Assembly (NCBI GenBank): GCA_046290225.1
Contig: JBKAGE010000057.1
Location: 1-63,659 of the forward strand
Length of the DNA: 63,659 nt
DNA from: Bradymonadia bacterium
Lineage (GTDB): Bacteria > Myxococcota_A > Bradymonadia > UBA7976 > UBA1532
Reading direction: 5' to 3'
The notes under the pieces were generated by a model, which was not told where the DNA came from, searched no databases, and worked only from the letters and a program-made list of their open reading frames with translations. The position numbers and the translations under genes are program-made. Shown piece by piece: positions 60,571 to 63,659 of the stretch (positions are counted from its first letter, which is position 1; each line of letters begins with the position of its first letter).

Positions 60571-61385
60571 GCGTTACAGTGTTGTCCGGTGGTCGCCCTT
60601 GGGGTCTGATCTTCCCCCTGGTGGGGGCCTTGCTGATGGGGTGTGGTGGCCCCAGGGCGAAGCCGACGAAGCCCACCAAGCCCGAGGAAGAGATCGACGT
60701 CGACCTGTCGGTGGCCCTCGCCGAGACCATGGTGACGCATCAAGCCCATGCCAGCGCGGTGCCGCTGCTGCGCAAGGCCCTCGAGCGATCACCCAAGGAG
60801 CCTCGGCTGCACTATCTGATGGGTCTGGTGATGCGAGATCGCGGCGTCTACACCCAGGCGGAGGCCTCTCTCAAGCTGGCCATCGAGCTGCGGCCTGAGA
60901 TGCACCCCGTCTACAGTGATCTCGGGGTGTTGTACGATCTCAAAGGGGAGCATGACGCCGCCCTCGAGGTCCACGAGAAGGCGGTGAAGATGGCCCCCGA
61001 GGTGCCTCGGTACCGCAACAACCTGGGCTTCTCCCACTATCTCGCTGGCCGTTACGACAAGGCCGTCGACGCGTATGAGCAGGCGATTCGCTGTGCGCCC
61101 ACCGAGGCCCTGGTCTATAACAATTATGGTTTCGCTCTTGCGGCGCTCGGCCGAGATAAAGAGGCCATGCGCATGTTCCGCCAGGCAGGCGACGAAGCGG
61201 CGGCGCTGAACAACATGGCGCTGGCCCGTGAGTTGCAGGGTGATCGGGCCCAGGCCCGTCGCATGTATCAAGAGGCTCTGGCCATCGAGCCAAAGTCCAA
61301 GAAGATCTTCGACAACCTCAAGGCGCTGGAGCAGGCGATGAAGTCTGAGCCAAAAGAGGCGCCCCAGAAAACAGAGGACCCGTGA
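60567..61385 (+). CDS. tadD: TadD-like TPR lipoprotein
   Basis: LLMGC lipobox and TPRs (NNLGFSHYLAG, YNNYGFALAALG). GTGA overlap with tadC. Confidence 0.8.
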   Translation: MSVTVLSGGRPWGLIFPLVGALLMGCGGPRAKPTKPTKPEEEIDVDLSVALAETMVTHQAHASAVPLLRKALERSPKEPRLHYLMGLVMRDRGVYTQAEASLKLAIELRPEMHPVYSDLGVLYDLKGEHDAALEVHEKAVKMAPEVPRYRNNLGFSHYLAGRYDKAVDAYEQAIRCAPTEALVYNNYGFALAALGRDKEAMRMFRQAGDEAAALNNMALARELQGDRAQARRMYQEALAIEPKSKKIFDNLKALEQAMKSEPKEAPQKTEDP

Positions 61386-61741
61386 GTCATTCACTCATCC
61401 GATCTGCTCTCGTTGCGCTCGCCCTCGTCACCTTTGTGGGGTGCGGAGGCCGCCGGAGCATCGAAGAAGACTCTGGCGTGGCCTGGCGGGCGGTGATGGA
61501 TGCTCAAAAGTCCGCCCGCCCCTCTCAGAAGCTGGCCTTCATCGACGCCGACGAAGCCAAGATCATCATGGACAACCACCGCACCACCTTTTCTAGAGGG
61601 GGCGGCGGCCGATCCAGTGGTGGAGACAGCCTCCTGAGCGGAGGCGGTGGTGGTGGTGGCCTGCTCAACCCCGTGAGCGTGCTCGGAGCCATCACCGGTG
61701 GCATCGAGCCCACGTACGATCCGGTGGCTTCAGATCGCTGA
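61382..61741 (+). CDS. Small lipoprotein in the Tad operon
   Basis: FVGC lipobox and a Gly-rich tail; overlaps the tadD stop. Confidence 0.7.
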   Translation: MSHSLIRSALVALALVTFVGCGGRRSIEEDSGVAWRAVMDAQKSARPSQKLAFIDADEAKIIMDNHRTTFSRGGGGRSSGGDSLLSGGGGGGGLLNPVSVLGAITGGIEPTYDPVASDR

Positions 61742-61766
61742 TCTGAGCTGCCCCTGAGGAGATCTC

Positions 61767-63095
61767 ATGGCGACGCATCACCCTGCCCACACACGCACTC
61801 GCCGGGGCGCACAGAAGGGGGCCATGAGCATCACGGTGGTGCAGGCCTGTTTGATCCTGGCCGCCATGAGCATCGCCGCCATCGCCGTGGGCCGGGTGGC
61901 CCTTCAGAGCATGGAGCTCGACAACGGCTCCGACGCTGTGGCCCTCACCTGCCTGCAAATCGCCAAGCTTCAAGGCCTCAACGCCCTCGACAACGGGAAT
62001 CACACCGCTGTGGCCAATGTGGCCCAGGCCAACAGCCGCAGCGGCACGGTGATCAACCCCAACTGCGATCGTCTCGTGCGTACTGATGATGGTCGTCTGG
62101 CCATCGGCAGTTCCGCCGCGGGCAACTACGTGGTCGATCAAGAGCTGGTGAAGAACAACGGCCAGGCTGTGCAGGGTGATCTCAACGCCGCTGCGGTGGG
62201 CTCGATTTATCAATACGAGGTGGGCAACTTCGAGCTGCCGGAGCCCGAGCTGATCTTGGTGTTGGATTACTCAGGCTCGATGGCGCAGAACTTCGGTGGT
62301 CAGCGCCGCATTGACGCGCTGCGCTTCGCGGTGAACGAGATGCTCGACGTGGGCTCGGACATCATCGCCTTTGGTCTGGTGATGTTCGACGCCGCGGTGA
62401 GCCGGGCCATCGAGCCCGAGTTCGATCCTGACCAGGACATCATCCGGAGCACGCTGGATTCTCGAGATGCTGGGGGTCGGACGAACTATGCAGACCCACT
62501 GTCGGTGGCCATCGACATGTTGCCGCGGAACAACGACAACACGCCGGGGTACATCCTCTTCGTCGGTGACGGCCAGCCCATCGTCCCCAACGCTGGTGAG
62601 GCCCGGACCCGCGCCATTCAGCAAGCGCGCCGTGCCTGGGATGCGGGCTACACCATCTTCACCCTCAATGTCGGTGGGCAGGGGCAGCATCGAGATCTGC
62701 TCTTCGGCATGGCCGGTGATCAGAATCTGAACCCCAACCCCAACTATTACTTCGAGGCTGACAACCTCGCCCAGCTCCGGGCGGCCTTCGGGGCCATCGA
62801 GGAGAGCCTGCTCTGCAAGGTGGGCCCCATCGAGCCGCGACCCCCGACCTGTGACGGCATTCACGTCTTCATCCGCGAGGGCGACATCGAGCTCAAGCTC
62901 GAGCAGGTGCCCAACGCTGGTGATCGCGACGTGGCCGATGCACGTGTCTTCGAACTCATCTGTGATCCGGCGGGCAACGAGCCGGTGCAGATCCGCATGA
63001 ATCGCCGCACCTGCAACCAGCTGGTCGATGAAGGCGGCAACCTCGTGGTGCGCTATGGCAAGGCGCGCCTCATCGCCGAGATGCCTGATCCTTGA
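61767..63095 (+). CDS. TadG-like pseudopilin with a vWA domain
   Basis: KGAMSI followed by a hydrophobic helix; MIDAS motif VLDYSGSM, GGRTN and FVGDG. Confidence 0.82.
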   Translation: MATHHPAHTRTRRGAQKGAMSITVVQACLILAAMSIAAIAVGRVALQSMELDNGSDAVALTCLQIAKLQGLNALDNGNHTAVANVAQANSRSGTVINPNCDRLVRTDDGRLAIGSSAAGNYVVDQELVKNNGQAVQGDLNAAAVGSIYQYEVGNFELPEPELILVLDYSGSMAQNFGGQRRIDALRFAVNEMLDVGSDIIAFGLVMFDAAVSRAIEPEFDPDQDIIRSTLDSRDAGGRTNYADPLSVAIDMLPRNNDNTPGYILFVGDGQPIVPNAGEARTRAIQQARRAWDAGYTIFTLNVGGQGQHRDLLFGMAGDQNLNPNPNYYFEADNLAQLRAAFGAIEESLLCKVGPIEPRPPTCDGIHVFIREGDIELKLEQVPNAGDRDVADARVFELICDPAGNEPVQIRMNRRTCNQLVDEGGNLVVRYGKARLIAEMPDP

Positions 63096-63550
63096 GCTTC
63101 GAGCGCTCTGATCACGTCTGGCCGATCCGTATCACTCGGCCGATCCTCTGGGGCCAGATGGATGCCCTGGGCCATCTGAACAACACCGCGTTCTTCGTTT
63201 ACTTCGAAGAGAGCCGCATCGAGCTGTTCGACCGCTTGTCGATGCGGGCGACCAAGGCGGCTTCTCACATCGGGCCGATCCTGGCGTCGACGGACGCGCA
63301 GTTCCTCGCGGCGGTGGTGCACCCGGATACGCTCACCTGTGAGACCCGTGTGCGCAGCATCGGCAACACGAGCTTCGTGCTGGATCACCGCATTCACAGC
63401 CTGGTGCAAGGGGCTACGGTGGCTGTGGGGAAGTCGGCGGTGGTGCTCTACGATTATCAGAATCACCGGAAGGTGCCGCTGGATGTGGATTTGCGGCGGG
63501 GGTTGCAGCGGATGATCGGGGGAGATGAAGGGGATACCCGGGTCGACTGA
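63092..63550 (+). CDS. Acyl-CoA thioesterase (4HBT/YbgC-like)
   Basis: WGQMDALGHLNNTAFFVYFEESR motif. Confidence 0.9.
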   Translation: MSFERSDHVWPIRITRPILWGQMDALGHLNNTAFFVYFEESRIELFDRLSMRATKAASHIGPILASTDAQFLAAVVHPDTLTCETRVRSIGNTSFVLDHRIHSLVQGATVAVGKSAVVLYDYQNHRKVPLDVDLRRGLQRMIGGDEGDTRVD

Positions 63551-63659
63551 GTTGGCAGCTCTCGCTTCGCTCGCAGATCAGTTTTCGGGCACGGGCACGG
63601 ACTCTCTATCAATTCGCAACCCCCCTTTTGAGGGTAGGTTTTGTGGTGTAGCGGAGGAC

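Noticed and set aside
52521..63095. Direct assignment as the Myxococcus Kil predation system
   Set aside because: No FHA-domain proteins or FHA-fused ATPase were seen, so the assignment cannot be supported without phylogeny.

Overview
This GC-rich bacterial chromosomal window looks Myxococcota/deltaproteobacterial, an inference from the gene repertoire (Ser/Thr kinases, PP2C phosphatase, Tad pilus, large secreted repeat proteins). It has four blocks. (1) 1-15.3 kb: mixed accessory genes, including an astacin-ricin protease, a PLD-family enzyme, an orphan MT-A70 methyltransferase, TPR and CAP proteins, a dCMP deaminase, a rhomboid protease and a glycosyltransferase. (2) 15.5-36.3 kb: a BREX/Pgl anti-phage locus with the type 2 order pglW-pglX-pglY-pglZ-brxD-brxHI. 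It is atypical in four ways: two extra coupled upstream genes (one unknown, one BrxA-like), a low-GC cassette inside pglX, an antisense Rpn nuclease (with a candidate internal antitoxin start) between brxD and brxHI, and a DEDD 3'-5' exonuclease fused to the BrxHI helicase. (3) 36.3-52.3 kb: housekeeping and surface-protein genes. These include a divergent EF-Tu paralogue behind a promoter, a 39-aa leader ORF and an antiterminator/terminator pair, plus a large RCC1/TSP3/beta-helix/fibrinogen-like secreted protein. (4) 52.4-63.1 kb: a Tad/Flp pilus operon with a sigma54-type promoter and a 56-aa Flp pilin missing from the ORF track. No rRNA, tRNA, CRISPR array or integrase was recognised. All assignments come from reading motifs by eye; no database searches were run.
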